Positions 13,263-26,283 of a stretch of DNA of 64,000 bases are shown here, in pieces. A model generated the notes under the pieces. That model had not been told where the DNA came from. It saw only the letters and a program-made list of their open reading frames with translations, and ran no database searches. Position 1 is the first letter of the stretch. Every line of letters begins with the position of its first letter. The position numbers and the translations under genes are program-made. The DNA lies in contig OZ287069.1 in assembly GCA_965645245.1 (NCBI GenBank), positions 2,914,001-2,978,000 on the forward strand. The letters are read 5' to 3'. Origin of the DNA: Massalongia carnosa (taxonomy: Eukaryota).

Positions 13263-13307
13263 TGAGAAACGACACGTGAAAAACGGCACGTGAGAAACGA
13301 CACGTGA
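13263..13307. promoter_or_regulatory. Three tandem 14-bp repeats, each carrying a CACGTG E-box, in the YAP1/SPF30 divergent intergenic region
   Basis: TGAGAAACGACACG / TGAAAAACGGCACG / TGAGAAACGACACG-TGA; each unit gives TCACGTG on the minus strand. Confidence 0.6.
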
Positions 13308-13554
13308 CTGGCGTGTAGTGTGGGTAGGTTAATACTCCAAGTTCTCTTCCAACCCCAATTGGTTGATTCCGCCAAAACCCATCATAGAGTATCGTCGCTG
13401 TTTCTTGTTATTGCTGATCATTCTGTCAACTCATCTGCGTGCGGATCCATTGGCTCGCTGGACTACAGAGTAGTTATCTCCGATCCACTCTCATAGCGCA
13501 TCTTTTCTGCGGGTATAGTACAGCCTGAAGTAAAACCTCAAGCCAACGGATAAG

Positions 13555-14579
13555 ATGAGTAACGAAGTGGCAGCGTTGGAGGCAGAAATCAAAGAGTACA
13601 GACTGCAGGTAGGTGGGTGGAGAAGACGGGAGAAGAACGGCGTAGAAGAGAAGAAATCATGCTAATAGGTCGTTGATCAATAGCTTGAGACGGTGCAATC
13701 AGGACTTCAGGCAGATCCAGACAATGCAGAGCTGCAAAACCTTAAAACTGAGCTTGAAGAAGTCATTACCCTTACCGACGTCGCGATCGCAGAGCTAAAG
13801 CCAACGTCAGCACCTGTAGCCTTTAGGAAACCTTCCCCACCCCCGGTCAAAGAGAAATGGTCCAAGGAAAACCACCCAGCATTTCAAGCCGGTTACCGCA
13901 AGCCAACGGCCCCACAGAGCCCGGTGGACGAGCCCCAGACCTTGACGACTTTCTCTGTTAATGACAATGTTTTGGCGAAATGGGTGTCGGGAGATAAATC
14001 ATTTTACCCCGCAAGGATTACATCGATCACGGGCTCGTCTAGTAAACCGGTGTATATCGTTACCTTCAAGTCCTATGCTACGACGGAAACACTGTCCGCG
14101 CATGATATAAAACCCATCTCGGTGGATTCAAAGAAACGAAAAGCCGACGGCTCTCCAGTTACACCAACGCTACCAATCGCACCAGCAAATTCGAATGTAA
14201 TATCCGCAGCGGCAGATATCAATCCGGCTCTTGCAAGCCAAGCAAAGAAAGAACCCAGTAAGGTTAGTGATGGACCGATCAGACCAGCGAAGCTACCACG
14301 AAAGGTCAAGGCCAATAAGGAATTGGAAGCGGGCAAAAACAAATGGCAGGATTTCTCCACCAAAGGAAAGGTTGGAAAAGTTGCGAAGAAGGAGAGCATG
14401 TTTAGGACCCCAGAGGGCGTAAACGCGCGAGGTACGGCAGCTTGAGCATTATTGGCTGGTAATAGGTCGTAGCTAACTCGTCGATAGTCGGATTTACCGG
14501 ATCCGGACAGCAGATGCGCAAAGATCCAAGCCGGAGTCGGCACATATACCAGCATGGTGCAGAAGAGGAGGGGGGTTGA
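13555..14579 (+). CDS. SPF30: Splicing factor SPF30 (SMNDC1-like Tudor protein)
   Basis: LQADPDNAELQNLK, Tudor VLAKWVSGDKSFYPARI, KNKWQDF and KKESMFRTPEGVNAR|VGFTGSG. Introns 13609-13683 and 14432-14487. Confidence 0.92.
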
Positions 14580-15470
14580 ATAGGCCACGGTATCATACTT
14601 AAATTTATGCAAGGCGAAGTTCTATCTTTGCAAGCATCGTACAAGCCTCGACGAAGAGAGTCTTTGGGACATGTGCTGACTGGAGTTTCTGCTGGCGCAT
14701 GCATATAGTTGAAGACGCCAACATCCCTTCCTCGGATCACGCCGATGTTGGGCAGTATGAGACTTTGAAACCTGTTCATCTGAATGGCTTTGGTTTGCCT
14801 GATTCTCTTCACCGAGTACAAGCTGAAATGATGAACAGCAGGTTTATGACGTTCCACAATACCGCCATTCGTTTCAACCCATTTTTCTTCCAGCTTTCTG
14901 TCCCGTCTATCTTTGGCATTTTTTCCCTTCGTTCATGCGCTCAATTGCAGCGCCGGGATTATATTCCTTTTCCTCATTCAAGTTTTTCTGATTTGTGTGC
15001 AAAATTCCGAACGGGGTTTCATCTAAAGGTGTGGTTACACTACAATTATTTAGTAGATTATATGTTGATCACATAATGTATTTTGAGCAATTGAGAAATA
15101 CGAAATCTGCCATCTCAAGTGAGCATCCAGACGTTTCAAAGGCCATTCCCCTGGCGCGCGGTTACAGAAGGGGTGTCATGTCGGGGTAAAGCGAGATAAC
15201 CGAACATTTGCTTCAACCTATCTGAATTTAGCGCATTCATTTGCTCAGGCTGTTTCCAAAGGGAAAGTGCAGCAAGGCTTTTGCAATATGAACCGTCGCG
15301 GTATTGCTGGCCAAAGAGGTCGGCATCAATGCCACTGTCCCCAACACATATAATGCGGAGAGAAAATTACATCTTCGAGGCAGTCTCACCCTACAAAAAC
15401 TCATTCTTCAAGCTCGCGCATGTTTTGTCAAAAGATCTTACTCAATTTCTATGACCTCTGCAAATCAATT

Positions 15471-16578
15471 ATGTCTGTAAATCGTTCCGCTCGCGAAATA
15501 TCAGAGTAATCTTCCCTACAGTTAACTAACGTACATATATCCCCTTATATATTGCATCTAATGACATTTTTATAGTCAAGTAACAGATACTGGTCTTGTA
15601 TACATCCGCCTGTTAGGTGCCGATACCCGCCAGTGGTGCCTTCAGAAGAAACTCCTTCGCTCACACTCTCCGTACTTCCACGAACGCCTTGCAAACAACG
15701 CTCTCGCTGAAACCATTATACTTCCCAACCTTGAGCCTTTGCGAGCTACCAACGACCTCGTCTCCCACGATCCTTTCGACTTGCTAGTCCAATGGCTCTA
15801 CACTGGTACCATTGATACCGTCGTCCCTGGATCCAAGCTACGGGAGCAACTTGATCGGTACATTCTTCTCTTTGTGCTATGTGAAAGTGATTATCTCAAT
15901 ATGGGCAATGTTCGGAAGTTGGCATTGGAACGAATGCAAGAGCTCTACACGGAACACGAATACTCCTTCATGGCATCTCATATGAAATACATCTATGCGT
16001 ACACATCACCTACCTGTATACTCCGTGGCGTTGCAGCAAGAGTAGCTGCGCACGAGTTTATGGGCCCATCCAGGGCAAGCGCCGGTGATGAGCCTCCCTC
16101 ATACGAGTATAAGTCTAGCAGCATCGACTTTGCAACAGATCTCCTGGACATTGTCCGCTTGCATATCGGAACAGCAAGGCTTCCGCATCCCTTTGAAGCG
16201 TCTAGCACCTTTCCCAACCTTGACGACCTGCTCCTTTCAACATTTGAATTGTCACCCACTCCCGCAGAACCCGCTCCCGAACTCCGCTCGCAAACGCTAT
16301 CGCCTTCACCAACAATAGAAACAGACGGCGAAGACTCGCAAGAACTCTCCAACCGCCTACCTTTACCGCCCTTGTCGAGCGATGCTATCGCGCTCACTGT
16401 GCCCGTCAACGGGATGCTGACTCCTGCGTCCACGCCGAAGAAGTCGGCCAAGGACCGGGTGAGGAGGAAAAGCGAGGAAGAGTGGCTTCGAACGGAGTTT
16501 CCCGAGCGAACGAGTGCATTGCTGGAGGCGGCGTCGTATGGTAGCTTTGAAGCAGGTGATCAAGAGGAGGTGCTTTGA
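15471..16578 (+). CDS. BTB/POZ-domain protein
   Basis: KKLLRSHSPYF and DPFDLLVQWLYTG BTB-like motifs; one intron at ~15506-15575. Confidence 0.75.
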
Positions 16579-17062
16579 GGGGCAAATGGTTTCCAGCGAT
16601 GGTTCAATGATATGCATAGGGATGAGGGAGCCGTTAACGCCATGTTTTTAACATGATAGTTGATTTTCAGACACGGTTTTGTTTGATTCGTGGGATGATG
16701 GTGGTTGGGAGAGGTTGTGGGTTTGTGGCGTCCTGTCGTACATCCCTTGGTCATGAAGCAAGCTCAGGCAGGTGATTCGAAGGTTAATCAGACAGTGGAC
16801 TTGCTTGTACGTCAACTTGATCTCTTCATCTGTAAGCCTGTAGTGAAACTGCGACAAGAAACATGATTCGAAATGAAAGTATGAGAATAAAGAACGCGGA
16901 AAAGATCAGATTGACAGAGCAATGAAATCCGTTCCCCTTCCAGCACTATCAGCATGCGCCGTTTGAATGCGTGAGGACGAGGCTCTGAACCACATCCAAA
17001 TCTTTCACCTCGCTCTGATCCAGCCTCGTCCAACTCCGGCTATCACCTGCTTCCTCAAAGCA

Positions 17063-18254
17063 ATGATGCCCGAAGCCACCTTCTCCCGAGAAGCCCTCAC
17101 CACCCGCTCCATCCCCCATATGCTTCTCTCCACCGGCTCCTCCTCTTCCATGACCGGTCCCCCACCTCCACTCCCGCACTACCTCTCCCCCGAAGGCCGC
17201 GCATGGAGACGCTTCGCAGTTGAAGGTAACGCCATCAGTATGTTGCCCAGATCTCTAGTGGTATTTTACTCCCTCCACATGTAACACTTTTAAAAACCCC
17301 CCTTCCCTTTCCACCAACGAAAACCCAAACTCACGGAAATGACTCACCAAAACAGTAACCGGCGGTGCCGGCACCCTAGCCCTCATCAACGCGCGAGCTC
17401 TCCTCGAGCACGGCCTTTCCAACCTCGCGCTCCTAGACCTTGACTTCGCCCATGCCGACTCCGACGTCAAGTCCCTCGCCGCGGACTTCCCCGGTGCGCA
17501 GATCCGCGTCAAGCGCGTGGACGTCACGGATGCGGCGCAGGTGGACCGGGCAGTCGAGGAGACGGCGGCGGAGTTTGGGAGCGTGGATATCCTGTGCTGC
17601 TTTGCGGGAGTGGTGGGGTGCGTACATGCGGTCGACATGCGGGCGGAGGAGTGGCGCCGGGTGTTGGACGTTAACACCACCGGGGCATTTTTGTGCGCAC
17701 AGGCCGTTGCTAGGTAGGTCATCTTGCTAGAATTTCTTCTTCTCCGTCCTCCTACCATCTACTTGCTCTCCTATCTTTCCTATCCCTAAGCAAAGCACTT
17801 TTACATGCGCCACAAAATCACCCCTCAGACCCCGGTATACTAACCTCCCCTTCCCCCCACCTCCTTATCCGACAGAAAACAAATCTCCCTTCACCTCCCC
17901 CTCTCGATCCTACTTATCGCCTCGATCTCCGCCCACCGCACCAACTACCCGCAACCCCAAGCGGCCTACAACGCCTCCAAAGCCGCGCTGCTGTCGCTGA
18001 AATCCAGTCTCGCGGCTGAATGGGCCCAGCACGGCGTGCGCGTGAACTCCATCTCTCCTGGCTACATGGACACGGTGCTGAACGCGGAGGACGGCTTGGC
18101 GGAGGCGAGGGCGGTGTGGTGCGCGCGGAACCCGATGGGGCGCATGGGCATAGGCGAGGAGTTGACGGGCGCAGTGGTGCTGTTGTGCGGGGGGGCGGGG
18201 AGCTATATCTCGGGGGCGGATTTGGTGATAGATGGGGGGCAGACTTGTTTTTAG
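17063..18254 (+). CDS. Short-chain dehydrogenase/reductase (D-arabinitol/sorbose reductase-like)
   Basis: TGGAGTLA Rossmann motif, PQPQAAYNASK catalytic YxxxK, RVNSISPGYMDT and DLVIDGGQTCF; two introns. Confidence 0.9.
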
Positions 18255-19139
18255 TTTTTCGGGAGGTGGGAGGGATGCTGGCTGGAATGGGTATATATGT
18301 ACTTATGTACGATGACAGCAGACGAGCAAAGCAAGCAACTCTTTTCCTCTCTTTCCCCCTTTCCCTCTCACACCGACCTCCTAAACATTCCCCAAACAAG
18401 CCTCTCCCCTGGGTTTGTAACTGGGCATCTACGAGAGAGAAACGATCGTATGTGTAACTTAAATTGGGTAGGTAGCGTGATTTCGACTCCGTCGTTCCTA
18501 TCTATTGGCTATGGATGATATCGTTGTCAGCATCGGTACATATAAGATCAGGTAGCTGGGTGGGTGCGGTGGGTGGGTTGTGTAAGGTCATCGCCATCAT
18601 CTGCTTCATCACTATCCTTTTCTTCTTCGTCAACAGAACCACACCTGCCGAAAAAACAAGAGCAGCGAAAGAGAAGAGTTACCCGATTTCTATCTCCATC
18701 AAGCTAGCTAGCTACCTAGGTAGGGACTTTGCCTTCAGCCGCTATAGCCACATTCATCCAGCCAAGGGATGGCAAAGTACGCCAATGGTTTAAAAAGAAA
18801 GAACGAAGGAAGAAATGTACAAAGAGGCCCCAAAGGCCTTGGGGGCGGGGGGGCAAAAAGATAAAAATAAAATTAAAAAAAGAGGGGGAAGAATATGATA
18901 AACAGTCTCCATCCGGGAGTGTGCCTGTCTTCCAGCCTTAGCCAGTACTTTTCCATTCAGTCCCCTATCTAACTCCGTGGAAGAAACCCATGGGGGAGCA
19001 GCATCACAGCATAGCATAGAAGTCCCCTCCTGGCACCGCGCAAAGAAGCGTAAATCCTGCCCTAATAACCTTAGTGCTCATGCCTCTCATCATGGAAACC
19101 CCACAACCTGCCTAACCCCTTAAACCTACCATCCCCACT

Positions 19140-22100
19140 TCAATGCGTATTCCCAAAAACTAACCGCCGATTCCTTTTTAGTAGCCCATTCAGCTTCTTC
19201 TCAAATCCCTCCGTCTCCTTGCGACTGGCTAGCATCGCCTGCTCCGCATCTTCTACTCCCATCAGCGGCAGTCTCCGCGCCATAGCCTCCTCCGTCAATG
19301 GCGCCGCTGTCCAATATGACGGTGTAGCCGCGGCAGCTGAAGCAGGGGCGGAAGTAGATGCTACGAAACGGTTGAGCAAATCGAGAAAGTCGTCCGCGGA
19401 CGGCGAAGCGGGCGCGCGCGGGGGTTTTGGTGCACCAGCGGCTGCCCCGCCATGAGGAACAGCATGTAGATAGCGATCGATGTCGTAGCGAGAGGAGTTG
19501 AATGCGATAGGGTCGGTAGTGGCAAGGGCGCGTTTCCTAAGTTCAAGGTAGCGCTGGGCTTGCTCCTTGCTGAGACCTCGAAGAGTGCAGCGGTCTGGAA
19601 GAAGGACAACGCGCTTATTATTCCCGACCTCAAGGGCAAGCGCCTCGCCGTTTTCGAGTTGGCAGCGATGCACGTCAGACAGGAGCGGGATATTTGGTTC
19701 TGTCAGGTCGATTTGGGTGAGCTCGAAGCGGTAATTAACGCCGGTGACGCCCTTAAACAGATCCAGGACTGTGGAGGAGACATCATCGGATCTTTGAAGA
19801 CTGGAAAGTATGGATGCTGCGGTGAGAGGATTCTTTATAGGGTGGTCGCCACTCGATGAAGCGATGGGGCTAGCTGGCGTTTCAGCCTCTTGCTGTTCCC
19901 TTTGAAACCTACTATCTTTCTTCAGCTCTTTGACCGGACTTGCAGGCCTTGAAGTCGTTTTTTCTTGAGAGACTTCATCCCTAAGAATTGGTGACGAGGC
20001 GCGAGTGGCCATTGGGGTTGAATCAGCAGTACCCAGGTTTGCTTTCTTTGTCTTCTTTTTGCGCCCTACAATTGGAGCTTGCACTGTCTCTTCAGCAATT
20101 GCCTTGGCAGAAACGCCTTCGGTTTTCGAACTTTCCTCCGCAAGCTTTGCACGTACTTGCCTCTCTTTTTTTTGCTGGCTCTTCGTAACTTGTCTTATCG
20201 GCGCTGATCCAACCTTATTTGGTGGTGGAGAATTGGCTCGTGACATCGACGTTGATGTATAAGAAGCATTATCCGATATCTTTTCGCTAATTGGTGTTCC
20301 GGGCGGATGTATAGAAGCAAAACTTGCTCGGCGCGATTGCTGTCGACCAGCGGCCGAGGAAGCAACCGCATTAACAGTCGATGGGGATGCAGGACACAGG
20401 CGGGGCGGAGTTTCCGTCTTGGGCGTTGGAAGAACTCGAATCGTGCGAGGTTGTACCTGGCGGGCTGTAGATGATCCCGAGGCTTGTGATACTGCTGTTG
20501 CTGGAGTGGCGGGACGAGAAGCCATCGTAGGAACTCCGCTGTGTTCCACAAACTTGGATTGCGCGGACGAAGATGCCACTGATTCCATTTCCTTTTTCGA
20601 TGCATCCTTGGCAGCTGCAATGTCTAGTTTACCAGGATGATGCTTCTTTTCTATTACTTTTGGTGTAATTGAAGGTGTTTGATTGATATCACTCTTGGGC
20701 TGAGTAGGAATCGCCTTGGGTGTGGCGGTATCAGCAAAAACATTCTTAGGGCGTGCTTTTGCTCGGGTAGAGCTGGTAATGGCAATCTTGGTCTTGACCT
20801 TGGATTTTGCACCTGCTTTGAAAGTCGAATCTGCGCTGATATTCTCGGCATCTGCTAAACTTGGGGGGCCGTCCGGGTCTTCTGCTCGGTGTGATGAATG
20901 ATGTTCTCCAGGTTCCTTGATCGGTGCCGGAGTTCGAATCTGTTTCCCAGGTAGCACAGGCACAACTGGCTTTATCGTGGCAGACGTGACGATGGTAATA
21001 GCGGTCTTACGTGGAAGCTTCGCTGTCGCCGGAGGCGCCGGAGCAGCTAAAGGTGGAAAGTCCTGGGAGGATGCCAGACCAGGAGGTGCAGGTTGTGGAG
21101 GTTGAACCTTGGTCTTTGAAATTTTTATGCCAGACAGTAAATTTGGAGGTAGATCACTGGTAATGTCTTTAACCAGCTTATCTGCAGGCGGAATTATATC
21201 GCCAGAACAGGATATATTTGGAGATTCTGCAATGATAACTAATCAGCAAATGTACCTTGGGTCTGCAACAATACACCGCAGTACCACATTTGTCTTGAAG
21301 GTAAAGGAATAAAAATAAGCGCAACGAAAAAAATAAGAGATAAATTCGCCCGCACGGTAATTCTATGTACTACCCGGCCATAGGGAATCCTTAGGAGACC
21401 GAATTAACACCATTGAGAGGTGATCGTCGGTCTCGTTATGGCACGTCAAAGCGGAGATTCTAACTTGGCAGATCTATTGTAAGAAAATCATCTGATACAT
21501 GCCTGCCTGGGTTTCAGGTCAGGGAAGGGGAGTTACGTACATAACGCTGGCCACGCCGAGGACGACGAAGTAGGTTAGTGCAGACTAGCCAGCCACAACC
21601 CTATGATGAAGCCTAGAGAAATAGAGTATTCTTTGAATCGACAGAATTGAAATCCCCATCGAAAATGTCCAGACCAATCTTGACCGGTTCAACCAGGGTA
21701 TGGCTTCATGTCAAACGCCATTAAAGAAGCCTCCTCCAAAATGTTCGACATTCTCCCTTATTCATGCTCGCTAAAAATGAGAAAATGGAAGATTGCGCCT
21801 TCGTTATGATAATAAAAAAAAATCACCCTGGTGCTATAAAACAAAGGAGAAAACTTGGTGTTTGCGACTAATATCTGCTTCCGTAGCCACCGCCGTATAT
21901 CATGCTGTTCGGATTGTACCCACCTTGACCTTGAGCGCCAAATTGCCCCTGCCCCAAGCTGGCGTGATGCATTCTAGCTTGTAAGATACTCGGGTCCGCA
22001 AGATCTACTATACCACCTCCCCCAGAAGAGGAAGTGTTAGCATGTCTTTGCTTCTTCCCCTTCTTCTTCTGCTTTTGGAGGTTCCCATCATGGTGCCCGT

Positions 22101-24604
22101 GAAAGGTGCCAAGCTGAGAGCCATAAAGCGTGCTAAGAAGGCTAGAGGCAGAGGTTGCGTTGGAGGTCTTGGGCTTCTGAAGAGAAGAAAGGAAGTCAAA
22201 CTCACGCTTTCCGACCTCTGGTCCATGACCGTTCATCACACTATTTCGCCCACGGAGGAGTTCCCGCATGAGCTCTTCGTTTCCATTCTTGTTTCCACCA
22301 TTGGCACGACCTAAACCAACATTGCCTCCAACTACGCTCGTGAATCCGTGACCTTGACCAAACATACCACCCCCACTGATTGGGGGGGTACCGCTCGATT
22401 TGAGCCCAGGAGGTGGTCCTTGAACGCCGCTGTAGAAATGACTCGCATGCGAGTTCGAGTGCTGAGCTGCTGGGTTGTGGAATATCTTGCTTTTTGTGGT
22501 AGGCATCATTGCCGACTGCTGAGCCATGAGTTGCGCATTAGTACTCGGATTGATTGTTGCAGAAGCTGATGAAGAATCATTCGCAAACGTGTAACGCGAG
22601 GCTTGCCTAGTATGACCTGGAATACCAAGGCCCGTAGTTTGTGTCTGAAACGGGTTTGAAGGTTGGTGATGGTGTTGACTAGTATTATGTTGATATTGGG
22701 TGCTGATAGGGCTTTGATGATTGCTAGCCGCTCGGTGTTGTAGCAGCTGCTGTTGCTGCTGTGGGGTAAGGCTACGAGCGTTGATAGGTAAACTTGCTGA
22801 TTGGTTCGAGAAGAAAGCCGATCCACTAAAAGGTAAGGTACCTGATAAGGCAGAGGACGGAAATGGCGGCTGTATAGCGCCTCGTTCATTGCTTGATTGT
22901 CCAGCTATATCACTGGGGCGATCCAGCGTTTCAGGCTCACCACCCAGCTGTAAGCTACCACTCGCAGGATTCTCATCTTCATCGGCTGTAGCCATTGCAC
23001 CTAGAACCTTTCGTTCGTCCTCTTCTTGCTTTAAACGCTCTGCCTCCCGCTCCTTTTCCATCCGATAGCGCACTAGACCACCGTTCGCATCGAATAAAGG
23101 TGGGTAAGCATCTATTTCCTTCAAGGCTTCCTCGCTGTATATCGATCTATCAAAAGTAAACTTATATGATGAGCTTAGAAAGGTCTTCATCACACGATCC
23201 AGGGGGTGAGGTTCTCCTGCAAATAGTCGCTCAGCTAAGGAGGGGACGTTGGATTCAGGAACTGCCTCCTGTGCGTGGACCGAGGATCTAGAGGTGCTCG
23301 GAGCTGCCTCTTCGACTTGCGAGGGTGAGTTGGCATGAGGAATCACAGGACTTGAGGTTGAAACGCTTGCAGCCTTACTAGATTGTTTACTCTCTTCTTG
23401 TGTACTTTTATGGGCCCAACTGGCTGAAGATGGTAAAGCCGAGCTATCAACGCTGTTGCTCCGGCTCATCGATTGCTCCTGACTGATATGCCGTGTCATC
23501 GGTTGTGATGCCGTTGTTGCGGTTGAAGCTTCTCGCTGAGGGGCCGGTTGTGGTTGCGTAGCTCGTGAAGACAGAGTAGGAGATAAAGACGATGGGGCCG
23601 GACCTTGAGCAGCGACAGCATTGGCATTCATTTTCGAAGCATCTTGCCGGCTAACATTATTATACCCTTCCCCAGAATCATGAAGAAACATGCAACTACG
23701 ATTGTTGCAAGTCTCGTTTCGTAAATATGCTGAACAATACTTTGTTGTTCCAAATTGGGCCCTAGTTGAATTGTCAGTGAATGAATCCTCAGTGAATAAT
23801 TAATAATTGTTTGCCTTAAGATTCGATCTCCATTTTGTGATCCATCCACAGCTTTGATACAACTAGCCGCGTCTTCCTCACGGGCAAATGTAACATAGAT
23901 ACCTTGCGAGTTGCTTCCATTGGCACCTTCCTTTGCCTTACTGACCACAATTTTGATGATTTTGCCATATTGACCAAAATATTGGTCCCCTCGCAAAGTT
24001 TGCAATAGGTCTTCCTCACGACTCTTGGGGTTCAGGCCAACAACGTAGACAAGATTTTTCTGCATTACACGAAGACCAGCGAGATGCTTTCGACTCAAGG
24101 TCTCAACTTGCTTTCGTTCAGTCTCTTTCTGCTTCGCTAACGCCTTCTTCTTGGCTTGTAGCGCAAGGTCGGCTTTTGCCCTAGAGCACTTCAGCAATCT
24201 ACAAGGTATTCAAAGTATAAATTGAGGGCTCACTCTTCGGGGCTGACAACTTTCCACTCAATATTCTTGTCGTCATACGGTCTTCGGCATGCAGGACACA
24301 AGCCGTTCATATTAGTCTTGATGTTATTGTAGCAGAATTGGCAGACCTGTTTATGAAAATTGCTTAATATACATTACCTGGGAGCTGTTTATTTTAATCA
24401 GAGGTTTCACAGATCTCACCTGGTAGCCACAAGGACATGGTCGGAAGTTTTTGTCGGAGAGATCAAATTCTTCAACACACAAAGGACTGACAGGTTTGTT
24501 ATCAGTGACTCGGTCTAAGTCTTCTTGGAGTGAAAGGTATCGAATACTGACCATGCATCGTCGGAGTCATCCATAAAGGTATCTTGTTGGATTCGAGACG
24601 CCAT
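19140..24604 (-). CDS. NOT4: CCR4-NOT E3 ubiquitin ligase Not4/Mot2 (long isoform; short isoform ends at 21868)
   Basis: C4C4 RING CPLCVEEFDLSDKNFRPCPCGYQ|VCQFC...CPACRRPY, RRM LRVMQKNLVYVVGL and C3H RAQFGTTKYC...CMFLH. Predicted splice 21923->21227 joins the terminal ORF in frame. Confidence 0.9.
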
Positions 24605-25010
24605 GGCGTCGATGTAGAAGGGGGGTGATGGGCGCGCAAGTCTGGAACGCGTAGAATAAACAAAACGAGGTCATGCAGCGATTTCAGCATAAGGAAAAGT
24701 GCATGTAAAGTAAGAAGGATTGTTCATAAGAGTGAAATTGAATGATGGTGGAAGTAATGAATAACTCAGTGTTTTGGATGTAAGTTGGATGGAGGTAAAA
24801 TCATAAATCATGAGATAGGTAGACTGACCAGGGTTGATCGTACCGGTTCAATTTGAAAAAAAAAACGCTAAGTCGAATAGAGAGATAGCATGCGGCTCTT
24901 TCCGTTAGTCCTGCATCTCTCACTTCTCGATAAGATGGCAATGATGGATTACTCTCTAACATGATGGCTCACTGAGCGTATAGCAAGTACTACTTCTTCT
25001 GATTTTTGCG

Positions 25011-26028
25011 ATGGCACTGTGGTTGAGTCGCAATAAGGCTGTGTGTGGTTTTAATCATGCTGCTCAATCTGCTGTCAGTATATCGAGTCGATCAGCCACC
25101 GCACGTCGTTTCTCTGGTACATCTATTTGCGCAAAGGATGTTGTATCTCAAAAAGAAGCTCCCAATATGAGGCATGCGCCTCGACTACCACGTGTGTAGA
25201 AGAATCGCAATTTAATCGCTCACAATGTAAGCTGACTGTCAATTCCAGCTAGGGGAAAGCTTCATGCCCCCATAGTCAATCCGGCCGACAAATACCAAGA
25301 AAAATCCGCCAGCCTTCATACCTACGGTCAATACCTCACCTCCTGCCTCCCGAAATACATTCAGCAATTCTCCGTCTGGAAGGACGAGCTGGCCATCTAC
25401 ATCCCGCCCTCGGGCGTCATTCCCGTCATCTCTTTCTTGAAATACCATACCGCCGCCGAGTTCACCACGGTGGCTGACATCACCGCCGTCGACTACCCCA
25501 CCCGGAGCCAGCGCTTTGAAGTTGTCTATAATCTCCTCAGTGTACGCCACAATTCGCGCATTCGCGTCAAGACGTACGCCGACGAAGCTACGCCGGTGCC
25601 CAGCATTACCGGGCTGTACGACGGCGCAAATTGGTATGAGCGCGAGGTGTATGATCTCTTCGGCGTATTTTTTGTCGGGCACCCAGATCTGAGAAGGATC
25701 ATGACGGATTACGGCTTCGATGGGCATCCGCTGCGCAAGGACTTCCCTCTAACGGGCTACACAGAGATCCGATACGACGAGGAGAAGAAACGGATTGTGG
25801 TGGAGCCACTGGAGTTGACGCAGGCATTTCGGAATTTCGAAGGTGGTACGGCGGCTTGGGAGCAGGTTGGACCAGGAAAGGATAGACAGCCAGATCAGGT
25901 TTGTTCTTCTACGTTTTCTTACCCACCCATTGGCACTTCTATGTGCGGGGCGAACCAATGCTAATCGCCTCGAGCAGTTCAAATTACCGACACCAAAACC
26001 AGAGCCGAAGGAAGAGCCGAAGAAGTGA
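25011..26028 (+). CDS. NDUFS3: NADH:ubiquinone oxidoreductase 30-kDa subunit (NDUFS3/NUGM)
   Basis: [22 protein letters not shown] and [16 protein letters not shown]...[25 protein letters not shown]; mitochondrial-presequence-like N-terminus; two introns. Confidence 0.97.
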
Positions 26029-26283
26029 AGACCTAGACCATGAACATTTCCCGATAGGCCATGGGATGTTCTTTTTCTCTTTCTTTTTTGTGCTAAAGGA
26101 AAAACATCATGCATCCTACTATAAAAGCATAAAATACCCATATCAATCTCGATTGCGCCTTTTTGCCCTCTCCTTACAGGAATGCCGCCAACTAAACCAT
26201 TAACAGCAGAAGTGAAATGAGGTGATTCAAGAACAAATTTTCGAATAAGACTTAAAAAGGAAGGTTTCCTCGCCCAGCGAATC

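Noticed and set aside
21541..21612. Cassette (poison) exon within the long NOT4 intron
   Set aside because: It is bounded by TAG and GTACGT and has an in-frame TAA, but there is no clear branch point; unsupported without RNA data.
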